Below, piece after piece: positions 1 to 9,700 of a stretch of DNA of 64,000 nucleotides. Numbering within the stretch: position 1 is the first letter of the stretch; every line of letters begins with the position of its first letter. The notes beneath the pieces are model-generated. The model worked only from the letters and a program-made list of their open reading frames with translations, did not search any database and had not been told where the DNA came from. Source of the DNA: a virus (taxonomy: Duplodnaviria; Heunggongvirae; Uroviricota; Caudoviricetes); the IMG/VR virus record IMGVR_UViG_3300028666_000001, positions 64,001-128,000 of that record. The stretch is one strand, 5' to 3'. The position numbers and the translations under genes were made by a program.

Positions 1-2
1 AT

Positions 3-1916
3 GTAGCCTATTGTGAAACTCACCATGTATGGGTTACTGACAATAGAGATTTAAAAGAATATTTGCCAGGGTATAAATTTGATAGTTGGGATAACCATAA
101 TAATGAAACATGTCAGGTTGTTCGTTATCAAGCTGGTAAAGCTGCTTGGGATGAATTGCAGGAGAATGCCAAAAAGCAATTAGAATTATTTAAACGTGAG
201 AGAAAGGAAGAAAAACCCCAACAACTAAAACTACCAGAAGCTCAAGCTTCTTTACATAAACAAGCAGTAGAAGGCTATTGGGTAGCTCCTACCAATTTCA
301 ATGATTATACTGCCAAAGATTTTTATAACATTTTTGAGTATGCCCCATGGAAGCATCTCTTCGGGGGTCCTTTATGGGCTGAAGTAGCTAAGACCATTTA
401 TGAGATGCAGAATACAACAGCTTGGGAAAAGCTTGTAGTATTGATTGACCATTTTCACGATCTTGGACATAATACAGGTAAGCTCTTAGATAAGTTCCCT
501 GAGTGGCATCAATGGTTTAAAAAACTGTTGGATATGAAAGCTCAGAAGAATTCTATTAGATACCTTTTACCTAAAGCTTCTAAACCAGTTCAAAGTCTTG
601 TTACTGAGTATCTTCGAATCCATGGTAAGGATTGGAGAGCAGATGAAAGCCCTAAACAGAAACAAAAGAGTGGTTGGGAAGTTGGTGATGAAGTTTTAGT
701 TACAGAACCTGCAAAGGGTGGACAGTATGTTCCAGGAGTAATTGTAAATATGGTTGATGAGGCTTTATATAAAACTCCCTATGAAGTTAAATATGATGGA
801 ATTATGAGATGGGTAAGACCAGATGAGTTAAAATCTCCTCAGTTTAATGCTTCTTCTTTACGTAGACCATTTAGTAAGAAAGCTAAACTTCCTTCTCGTT
901 TATGGATTGCCCCTGATGGAGTAGAATTTGAGGTTTTTAGTGCAGGACATGGTATGTGGATTAAACAAAATCCTGATATTTTAAAAAAATACAGAATAGA
1001 TACAACTGAACCACAATGGACCCAAGAAAAAATGATAGATGCAGGTTGGGTTCGAGTTTCTGATGAACCTTCTGGAACTGGATTTGTAATAGAAGTTAAG
1101 GATTTAAATAGTATACCAAATTTTGTAGATGATCTTATTGCTAAATATTATCAAAAGGGTGAAACTATTCTAATAGGAGCTAAACAACAATTCATTGAAA
1201 TTACTAATCCTTTCCCTTCTATTCAAAAAGCAGTTAATAAGCAGCTAATGGGTACTCGTGCGTCACTTAAAAAAGCTGATCTTAATGGTCGCACCGTTAA
1301 TGAGATCTTACAGGGTATTCAGTCTTCAGGTGGTGTTACTTATAATCTTTCCCAGGGTAATATGGCTGGAACAGATAATTATTCTGTTTCCATCTATCCA
1401 GATCGCTCAAAGATACTTCCATCAGGAGTTGACTTTGATGAAATTGAGAATTTTATTGTTGCAAATGAAGATTTATTAAATAATGCAAGTAATTCTTTTG
1501 GGGCTTGGACCCATGACGGAAAGGTATATCTTGATGTCGTAGCTACAATTCCAGACCAACAGAAGGCAGTAGATTTAGGTAAACAACACAATCAGATTGC
1601 AATTTGGGATCTTAAGAATAATCGAGAGATTCCTACAGGTGGTACTGGAGAGGTCGTTCGAGCCTTTAGTAAGAAAAGCCTTACTAAAGTGGCTGAGGAA
1701 GAGATCCTACCCCAGGAAGCTCAGAATGAGATCGCTGCAGATTCATCTCCTGTTTATAATATAGCACTAAATAACTATGCTCAGGCCGTTAAAAGAGGCC
1801 ATAGCAAAGATAGAGCACTTGCTTATGCAGTTGAATCAGTAGGTAATCTAGAGAAAATTGATGAAAAGAAGCTTGTAGAATTTATAAATAATTATCTTAC
1901 TGGATTAGTAAAATAA
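3..1916 (+). CDS. Multi-domain putative head-cargo protein, 5'-truncated by the window edge
   Basis: The frame is open from base 3 (VAYCETHHVWVTDNRDLKEY-LPGYKF), so the track start at 63 is not the true start. Contains a GGPLWAEVAK...IDHFHDLGHNTGKLLDK segment, an SH3/Tudor-like segment, one WIxPxG...H...GWxR repeat (~876-1277), a GAW...VYLDV...NQIAIWDL domain (~1278-1690) and K-x-A linkers. Confidence 0.75.
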   Translation, partial: VAYCETHHVWVTDNRDLKEYLPGYKFDSWDNHNNETCQVVRYQAGKAAWDELQENAKKQLELFKRERKEEKPQQLKLPEAQASLHKQAVEGYWVAPTNFNDYTAKDFYNIFEYAPWKHLFGGPLWAEVAKTIYEMQNTTAWEKLVVLIDHFHDLGHNTGKLLDKFPEWHQWFKKLLDMKAQKNSIRYLLPKASKPVQSLVTEYLRIHGKDWRADESPKQKQKSGWEVGDEVLVTEPAKGGQYVPGVIVNMVDEALYKTPYEVKYDGIMRWVRPDELKSPQFNASSLRRPFSKKAKLPSRLWIAPDGVEFEVFSAGHGMWIKQNPDILKKYRIDTTEPQWTQEKMIDAGWVRVSDEPSGTGFVIEVKDLNSIPNFVDDLIAKYYQKGETILIGAKQQFIEITNPFPSIQKAVNKQLMGTRASLKKADLNGRTVNEILQGIQSSGGVTYNLSQGNMAGTDNYSVSIYPDRSKILPSGVDFDEIENFIVANEDLLNNASNSFGAWTHDGKVYLDVVATIPDQQKAVDLGKQHNQIAIWDLKNNREIPTGGTGEVVRAFSKKSLTKVAEEEILPQEAQNEIAADSSPVYNIALNNYAQAVKRGHSKDRALAYAVESVGNLEKIDEKKLVEFINNYLTGLVK

Positions 1917-1919
1917 AGG

Positions 1920-1948
1920 TTGCTAAGTAGATCCAAACGTGGTATACT
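1920..1948 (+). promoter_or_regulatory. sigma70-type promoter TTGCTA-N17-TATACT with extended -10 TG
   Basis: Near-consensus hexamers, 17-nt spacer, directly upstream of deoC. Confidence 0.65.
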
Positions 1949-1953
1949 TAAGT

Positions 1954-2637
1954 ATGGATAATATAGCAGGTATGATAGACCATACGCTTCTAAGACCAGA
2001 TGCCCCATTAGGTAAATACACAGAGATTTGTCGTGAGGCTATTGAGTATAAGTTTGCCAGCGTTTGCGTGAATTCATTTCATGTTCCCCTTATTTCTAAT
2101 CTTTTAAATGCTCACCCAGAAGCTAAGGTTAAGACCTGCTCTGTTATTGCTTTTCCCTTTGGGGCAACAGATATTCATACCAAATCCTTAGAGATTGAAC
2201 GAGCTATCTCAAAGGGAGCCCATGAGCTTGATGCTGTAATCAATATAAGCCTTGTTAAGACAGGTGAATGGAAGCGTCTTAAAGATGAGCTTATGGAGAT
2301 TCGGGAAGCTTCTGATCATCATATTTTAAAGCTCATTCTTGAGGTTGGGGCTTTGACTGATGATGAGATCAAAAGATGTTGTGATTTAGCAGTAGAGACT
2401 AATTTAGATTTTGTCAAAACTTCTACAGGATTCTTTAAAGAGCTTAAGCCAGTAGAAACAGCACGTTATGTAAAGCTAATGAAAGAGAGTGTTAATGGGT
2501 CCAGGGTGAAGGTTAAAGCTTCAGGATGGATTCGAACATTGGCTGATTTCAATATGATGGTGGAGGCTGGAGCCTCTAGAGTCGGTTGCAGTAGATCAGT
2601 CGATATTATAAAAGAATGGAAAGGAGATATAAAATGA
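1954..2637 (+). CDS. deoC: Deoxyribose-phosphate aldolase (DERA)
   Basis: Motifs IDHTLLRPDA, VIAFPFG, GAHELDAVIN, LKLILE, DFVKTSTG, VKASG(W)IR and GASRVGCS. ATG at 1954 preferred over the track GTG at 1939, which overlaps the -10 box. Confidence 0.9.
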   Translation: MDNIAGMIDHTLLRPDAPLGKYTEICREAIEYKFASVCVNSFHVPLISNLLNAHPEAKVKTCSVIAFPFGATDIHTKSLEIERAISKGAHELDAVINISLVKTGEWKRLKDELMEIREASDHHILKLILEVGALTDDEIKRCCDLAVETNLDFVKTSTGFFKELKPVETARYVKLMKESVNGSRVKVKASGWIRTLADFNMMVEAGASRVGCSRSVDIIKEWKGDIK

Positions 2638-3053
2638 GTGATGAAAAAGAATTTGGTTTGACCAGCGTAGGATCAGAAGGTGTAGTAAAGGTTCCAGTTG
2701 ACGCTCCACGAGAACGTACTGAACTTGAGAAAGAAGTTGATGCCGAGATTATTGCTAAAGGCAAAGATGCTGTTAATGATTTTGATGAATCTTCAGCTAT
2801 TACAGTTACACCCAAGAAAAAGCGTGGTAGACCTGCCAAGAAAGTTGCTACTGAAGAAGTAGCTCCTCCAAAAGAATGGTATTGCTCAACTTGCCGAGAG
2901 AATATCAATGATAAGAACGTTATGAAGATTGGTGCTGGGCTTAACCGATGGGCTGTTTTTTGTCCTCAGTGTCAGCGCAGCTTTGGTTTTCAAGATCAAG
3001 CTATGCACGATAAAGTAGCTGATTTTATCAAAAATAACCCTACTGGAAAGTAA
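2634..3053 (+). CDS. Zn-finger protein with AT-hook-like motif
   Basis: ATG at 2634 overlaps the deoC stop (ATGA) and follows AAGGAG. Contains KKKRGRPAKK and CSTC...CPQC. Confidence 0.7.
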   Translation: MSDEKEFGLTSVGSEGVVKVPVDAPRERTELEKEVDAEIIAKGKDAVNDFDESSAITVTPKKKRGRPAKKVATEEVAPPKEWYCSTCRENINDKNVMKIGAGLNRWAVFCPQCQRSFGFQDQAMHDKVADFIKNNPTGK

Positions 3054-3277
3054 TGAAAAGGCGAAAGCCTCAGCCCCGTTGCAAATGTAATCACGCTCGT
3101 AAGAATCATGATCGTGGCTATATAACGATTGATAATAAGATGAATATGATCGATAAGTGGCTTAGATGCGGATATTGCTACGATGAATGTCTTGAATTTG
3201 AGCAGGATAATTTAAAGACACTTGAGGGATTGTATGCGTTCCAAGAACAAAAAGAAAGCTCTACTCTTCCCCTGTAA
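3053..3277 (+). CDS. Small Cys/His metal-binding protein, DNLxxLE family
   Basis: CKCNH...H...CGYC...C followed by DNLKTLE; start overlaps the upstream stop. Confidence 0.65.
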   Translation: MKRRKPQPRCKCNHARKNHDRGYITIDNKMNMIDKWLRCGYCYDECLEFEQDNLKTLEGLYAFQEQKESSTLPL

Positions 3278-3476
3278 TTGTGGGCATTCTAATAAATTAC
3301 ATGCTTGGGCTGGTGTATCGATAGGTGATGAGTGGTGTAACGGTTTTGAACGAAGAGCTAAAACAATTGGTGAATTAAAACTCAAATGGCCTTGTCCTTG
3401 TGAGGCATACGTACCTGATAATTTAAAGTATTTGGAACAATGTCTAAAAAAGAAAGGGAAAGGTAAATTAAAATGA
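3234..3476 (+). CDS. Small Cys/His metal-binding protein, DNLxxLE family
   Basis: ATG at 3234 after GAGGGA. CNCGH...H...C...CPC followed by DNLKYLE. Confidence 0.65.
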   Translation: MRSKNKKKALLFPCNCGHSNKLHAWAGVSIGDEWCNGFERRAKTIGELKLKWPCPCEAYVPDNLKYLEQCLKKKGKGKLK

Positions 3477-3691
3477 CTACACTTTCTGAGGTATGCCCAA
3501 TGAAAATTTACACTGAGGAACGATATCTATGTACGATTTGTAATCGGAATAGTAATTTTATGTATGTCGTTAAACAAGTAGAATCAATATATTACCTCAT
3601 TGAAATGTGCCCAAAATGTAATAAGCATGTTGAAGATGTACGGGAAATTCCTAGCAGAGCTGCTAAGGAATATCCTGCTGCTACGAAGTAA
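3473..3691 (+). CDS. Small Zn-ribbon protein
   Basis: CTIC...CPKC; ATGA overlap with the previous gene. Confidence 0.6.
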   Translation: MTTLSEVCPMKIYTEERYLCTICNRNSNFMYVVKQVESIYYLIEMCPKCNKHVEDVREIPSRAAKEYPAATK

Positions 3692-3713
3692 ATCTAAGTT
3701 CCCCCCACAAACT

Positions 3714-6700
3714 ATGAAGAAATCTGCTTCTATCCTTGATTATTCCTATCCATTTCTTGATCCAGCCGTTTGGGATCATGAGAGGAAGCTTTTTGCCTAC
3801 CAGAAAGATTTTATTCTTCGTTTAATCAGTACGATGTATGAAACTTATAGTCTTCAGCAGCCTGAGACTTGGGTAGAGGATATCGTTATCATAGGTTCTT
3901 TGACTACTTCTAAATGGCTGTTCACTTCTGATTTGGATGTTCATATACGTGTCAATTTAGATGCATTTATAGCATCAAATATGCCTGGGAGTACCAAGGA
4001 ACAGGCTTTTGAGAAACTTGATCTTACTCGCAAGGAATTTGATCGTGCTAAAATCTTAGCTCCTATGACACAGCATCCTATTGAATTTTATTTTGAGAGT
4101 ATTGAATTTAAACCAAGTAACACAGCTCTCGTAGGAATCTATTCCTTAGCGCAGGATGCATGGGTTAAAGAGCCTATTACGTTTGATGCTGACTTGGACT
4201 TCGAAGAGTCTAGAAAGGACGTTGTAGCTCAAGCTGAGGCCCTAGCAGAAGAGCTAGATGGCAGCTTGGGTAAGATTAGGCGTGATATAAAGCGTATTGA
4301 TGAACTTGAGGCTGTTATTAAGGCTTGGGACCAGGATAAACAACAACTCTTTTATGCCAAGGTTGAATCTAAACTCAAAGCTATTGAAGCAGAGATTATG
4401 AAGGATCTGCAGCTTAAGCAGGAATTGGTTGATGCTAGACATGCTAACCAGGATGCTACATCTGAAGTTGAAATTAAATTTAAATGGCTTGCACGTTTTG
4501 GTTTCTTTGGAATCCTATCGAATCTGAAGACTCTTATGGAACAGACTGGTGGGCAGGTGACTACACAGGAACTTCCTTTGATTGAAAAGATTATTAGTCA
4601 AGGATCTGTAAAAGAAGCTAGTGATATGAGTTATGCTTATTGGGTAGACCCAGCAGGTAAAATTTATACAGTTAGACCTAATGAATATTCTAAAGATCTT
4701 TTTACCCATAGTGATTGGGTTGTTGCAAATCAGGAATTGCTTAAGGAACAGTATGGTCTAACTTTAGATCTGAATTGTTTTAAGATCATTAAAGAAATGT
4801 ATACCTCTGGGTGGGCTAGAATAGGAGATTCTGGACGAAGTGATATTGGGTATTCAATTTGTGTTTGGGATTTAGGTTCTATTTCAAATGGTGTGGATAA
4901 TGCTCTTGCTCAATTCTATAAAGGTGGAGAATTAATGGTTGAAGGTGAGTCTGACCATAGAACGGTTATTGTGGGTGATCCTTTTCCAAATCTTCAACAA
5001 GCTGTTAATAAAGCTCTACAGAAGAAAAGAATGGGATCTCTTAAAGAAGCTTTCTTAAAAGAAGCTTTTGAAGAAGAGCCTAAAGAATTAGAGACAGACG
5101 TTTGTGTAGATTTTGATAAAACTATTGCACATGAGGCAAAGTATCCAGCTATCGGTGAACCTATTGAAGGAGCTAAGGAATCTTTAGCTAAGCTTCAAGA
5201 TCTAGGCTATAATGTTATCATTTATTCCTGCAGAGGTGATAGTGATGAGGGTATCGAACTAATTACCAAGTGGCTTGATGAACATGATATGCCTTATGAT
5301 TCTATTTTCAGCGGCGATAAACCCTTCTTCAAGTATGTGATTGATGACAAGGCTATCCATTTCGATTCTTGGGATAAAGTAATGCAGAAGGTTGAGAAGT
5401 CTAATAAGACAGCTTCCTCGAATGTTCTTAGGGTTGAACCTTATGGTGGTGGTCCTGAGTTTCCAGTTCTAGTCAATCCTTCTCGTCAACAGGTTGCTCG
5501 TGCATTACCACAAACTGGTTTTGGTCAACTTCGTGTTATCCAAGCCAATAACAATTATATTTGGGATGCAGAAAAGGCTACCCACGATCATGTAATGGAA
5601 TATTTAGCAGAGCAGGGACTTGAGGAGTATGATCATTGTCAGACAGGTTATATTACAGATGCTTCTGACATAGATGAATTTTCCTGGCAAAAAGCAGCTT
5701 CGTTGCACGTTACTGCTAGGATTGCTAATAAATACTGGATAGCACCAGATGGTAAGGAATTTGCTTTTTCCCCATCTGATAGTAATATTGGTGGTCATTT
5801 AGGTTGGATACCAAAAAATAAAGATATTCTTAAGGGATATGGAATAGATTTAAATATTCATGGACCCTATGGGCATCATGCAATAGCAGATGATATGATT
5901 AAAGCGGGTTGGACACGAGTTACAACCGAATCAGATTATGATTTTGCTATGGAGGTCGCTGATATAAACAATCTTCCTCCTTATTTGGATAATTTTGTTG
6001 CTAAAAATTATTATGGTGGTGGAGTTGAGATTGATGATTTAGAGGGTAACTACCAGGATATTTCTGATCCATTTCCTAATCTTAGAAAAGCTATTTATCA
6101 AGCAAAAAGATTAAGACAGCAACCAATTGCAGCTTCTTTGAAAATAGAAGCTGATTATGAACATGCTTATTGGATAGATCCTAATGGTAAAACCTTTCAA
6201 GTAAGAGGTGAGGGTGTTACTGGTGTTGATATAGATGAGGGTAAAGCTGATACACATTTTAAATGGGTCCAAAAAAATAGAGAAATGTTGATAAAAGATT
6301 ATGGATTTAAACCTGTTACAAATCAATGGACAAGTGATCGTCTTACTTCAAATGATCTTATGGCAGCTGGATGGATTAGAATCGGGGATAGTTCTGGTGG
6401 TTCAGAATGGGGTGTTACTCTTAAAAGTTTAAGCCATGTACCTACCTCAGTAGATAGTTTACTTGCTCAGTTTGTTCCTGAAGGTGCTCAAATTACAATT
6501 GAAGAAGATACTAGATGGGAAAATCATGTCGCTATTATATGGCCTGTTAAATCCGTCCAACAAGCTGTTAATCAGGCATTGCAACAAAAAAGATTACAAC
6601 CTGTATCTAAAGCTTTCTCAAAGAAAGAGATTACAGCTCAAACTAAGAAAGTTAAACAAGGTGATTACTCCTGTCTCATGGCTTTAGTTCCTCATGATCT

Positions 6701-9700
6701 GGCCCAGGAAATTGTTGCTTGGGGAGTACGCAACGTTCCTGATGAGGAACTATATTTAGATGAAGATGGGAATTTGGGACGTGAGCTTGAATCTCATATT
6801 ACAATTAAGTATGGTCTATTGACCAATAATGCTAAACATGTTCGACGTTCTTTTAATGATGCAAAGCCATTCCATGCTAAACTTGGAAAGGTACGACACT
6901 TTCAGCCCCCTGAACTTCCTTTTGATGTTCTTACTGTAGAAATTATTAGTGACGATCTACAGGAAGCTAATGAGAAAGTATGTGATAAATTTGAATGCGC
7001 TAAGGGTCTTGTATCTGATGAGTATAAACCCCATATTACAATAGCCTATATGAAGCGTGATACAGCTAAGGAGTATGTTGGAGCTGATGAATTTGAAGGT
7101 AAAGAGGTTGAACTTGATACTGTGATCTTCAGTCCTCATAAGGGCAATCGAACCTATTTCAGTCTTTCACAGGATAAAGAGAGTTCTTTTATTTTACAGG
7201 AGATTAATAAAGTTGCATATCCTGCTGGTAATTGGGCTGAGTCTGCTTGGATTTCTCCAACTGGTGAAGTTGAGGAATTCGAGGGGGATAGTCACGTAGA
7301 TATGATTTTTGATTTGCTTGATGATGATAGAAAATATGATAGTGAAGATGTTCTTTCTTTAGCTATCAATAAGGGTTGGACTCGTTTTGGAGAAATGGGT
7401 GGTGGAGGAGAAACTGGAGCTAATGTTCAAAGCCTCAGAAATATAAATCCTGCTGTTTTTAATCATGCCCTGAAGTATACAGGTCAAGGTAAGGAAATGG
7501 TTGTATCAGATCTTTCAGGTGCATATGTTAAAATGCCCGTAGATGAATTTGTATTGGGTCAGGGGGCAGTTAATAAAGCTTTGATGGGGGCAACAAAGAC
7601 AGCAGCTCAAGTGCCTTTTTCAGGTGAAGCTTGGAGAGGAATGTCTATGGGTGGTTTTCCTCCAGGAACTACAGCTGCCGATGTCATACGATATGAAGCT
7701 GAAGAACTAGGTAATGACAATAAAGTAGATCCAAATATTTTACCTCTATTAGAAAAACGTCCAGCCTCTGATCTTATTTGGGTAACGAAGAGTAAAGAAG
7801 ATGCTACAAAATATGGTAATCCACAACCTGTTAAAATTGATCCTAACTCTACTGTTATTGGTCAAGATGAGGAAGGTGGTTATTTAATTTTAAAATCTGC
7901 CGAGTTTCTTCCTTCTATGGCAGAGAATGCTCCTACTAATCGTTGGCAGTTTGCTCAAGGTGGAGATGATGTTGAGATTGCTTTACAGCCAGATAGTGTA
8001 TCGGATGATGCTACAGAAGCAGAACCATGCACAACAGGTAAACCACGTACCAAAGATATGTGGAGACAGTTCATGTCCATCTTTCAAAATGCCTTCTCAA
8101 AGAAAGAAAATGTAACTATAAAATCCTATGATAAAGAATTAGAACAGGAAGAGAAGGATGCATTAGGTGAAGATCAAACTCTTCTCGAATATTCTAAGGG
8201 TTTCTATGATCCAGCAAAGCATGACTTTCCACATAATACAACTTGGGATTCATTGACGCAAGATGGAGAACCAAGTAAACCTACCTCAGTAACTTATTCT
8301 CCTCAGATATCTAATGACGACAATTTGGATCAGAATTCTCCTGGTGGATTTCCCCGTCGTTTCATGGGTAAGCCAAAAGGTGAATGGTTCTCTAATGAGG
8401 GTGAGGTTAATCACACTCTTATTGATATGCTTAAGAATCGTCAGGCATCTCTTGATAGTATGACAAGAGATATTACTGCTGGTTATGGTCCTGGGTATTG
8501 GATAGATCCCAATGGTAAAGCTTATCAGGTAAGAGGTGAAGATGATCTTGTTACACACTATGACTGGATTAATAGAAATAAAGAACTTTTATTAAATGAG
8601 TATGGAATTGAAATTGATACTCCAAATGCCGATTTTAATTCTAAAGCTTTAATAAAAAAGGGTTGGACACGAGTTGGAGATTCTAGTTTTGGGTACATTA
8701 GCATTGAGACTCCAGATTTAACACATCTTCCAGCTGGTCCTTTAGATTCTATTTTAAGTACCATTAATAATGGTAAGGGAATTATTGTAGAGGATATGAA
8801 CGGTGGACATGTAGAGATAAATTGGATTGACGAAGTGTATAATGGGAATATTCAAAAGGCAGTTAATAAAGCTCTTCAGAGAAAACGTTTGGGTAAACAA
8901 GCTTCAATCGAAGAAGTTAATGGTATTAAGGTTTTGGTAAATCCTAGTCCTGAAGAGGTAAAAGGTTTCGTAAAAAAATTTAGATCTCTTCGTGCTTTGG
9001 TTGATCCGCAGTCAGGAGATATCTTTGTTTGGAATGCATATCAATCAGAGCATAATACAATGATTCGTTATTATGGGTTAGATATTGATTGGGAAAATGA
9101 TGATGGTACTTATATTCGTCATGTTACTATTCCAAATGATATTAATTACTTATTTGATACTCAGGCTGAGATTAAGAATCGTAAGGGTACAATGAAGCAA
9201 GCAGGTTCCAATAATGTAAGTTACTGGATAGATCCAAAGGGAGAAGTTTACTTAGTTCCAGAAACTACTCACGATATTTGGATGGTTAATGAAAATCAAT
9301 TACTGAAAGATAAATATGGAATAGATACAACCAAAGAAGATTGGAGAAATCTTATTGAACGAGGCTGGACAAGGGTTAATGCATCCAAGGATAGTGTGAG
9401 TTTGGAGGTAGCTGATATTCATAATGTTCCATCTTTTATAAAGAATTTTATTAAAGAATATATTGGTGAAACCCCTAAAGTATTTATAGAAGATAGAATG
9501 AATAATAGTGTAACAATACCATTCTTTAGAGGCTCTATTCCAAAGAGTGCAGGTGATCAAAGTGCTTCAGTTCCTGATTATTTAATTGATGAGTGGAAGA
9601 CTGATCAATTGCATGATGATATTTCTGAAGAGCCATATGTCAATCATGATCAAAGAGATTATCCATATGGGATGCATGATAGTCCAGAAAACACAGGCTA

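Noticed and set aside
3600-3713. Track start of the 2087-aa ORF at 3600
   Set aside because: It overlaps the Zn-ribbon gene; MKKSAS at 3714 fits the linker pattern and gene packing better.
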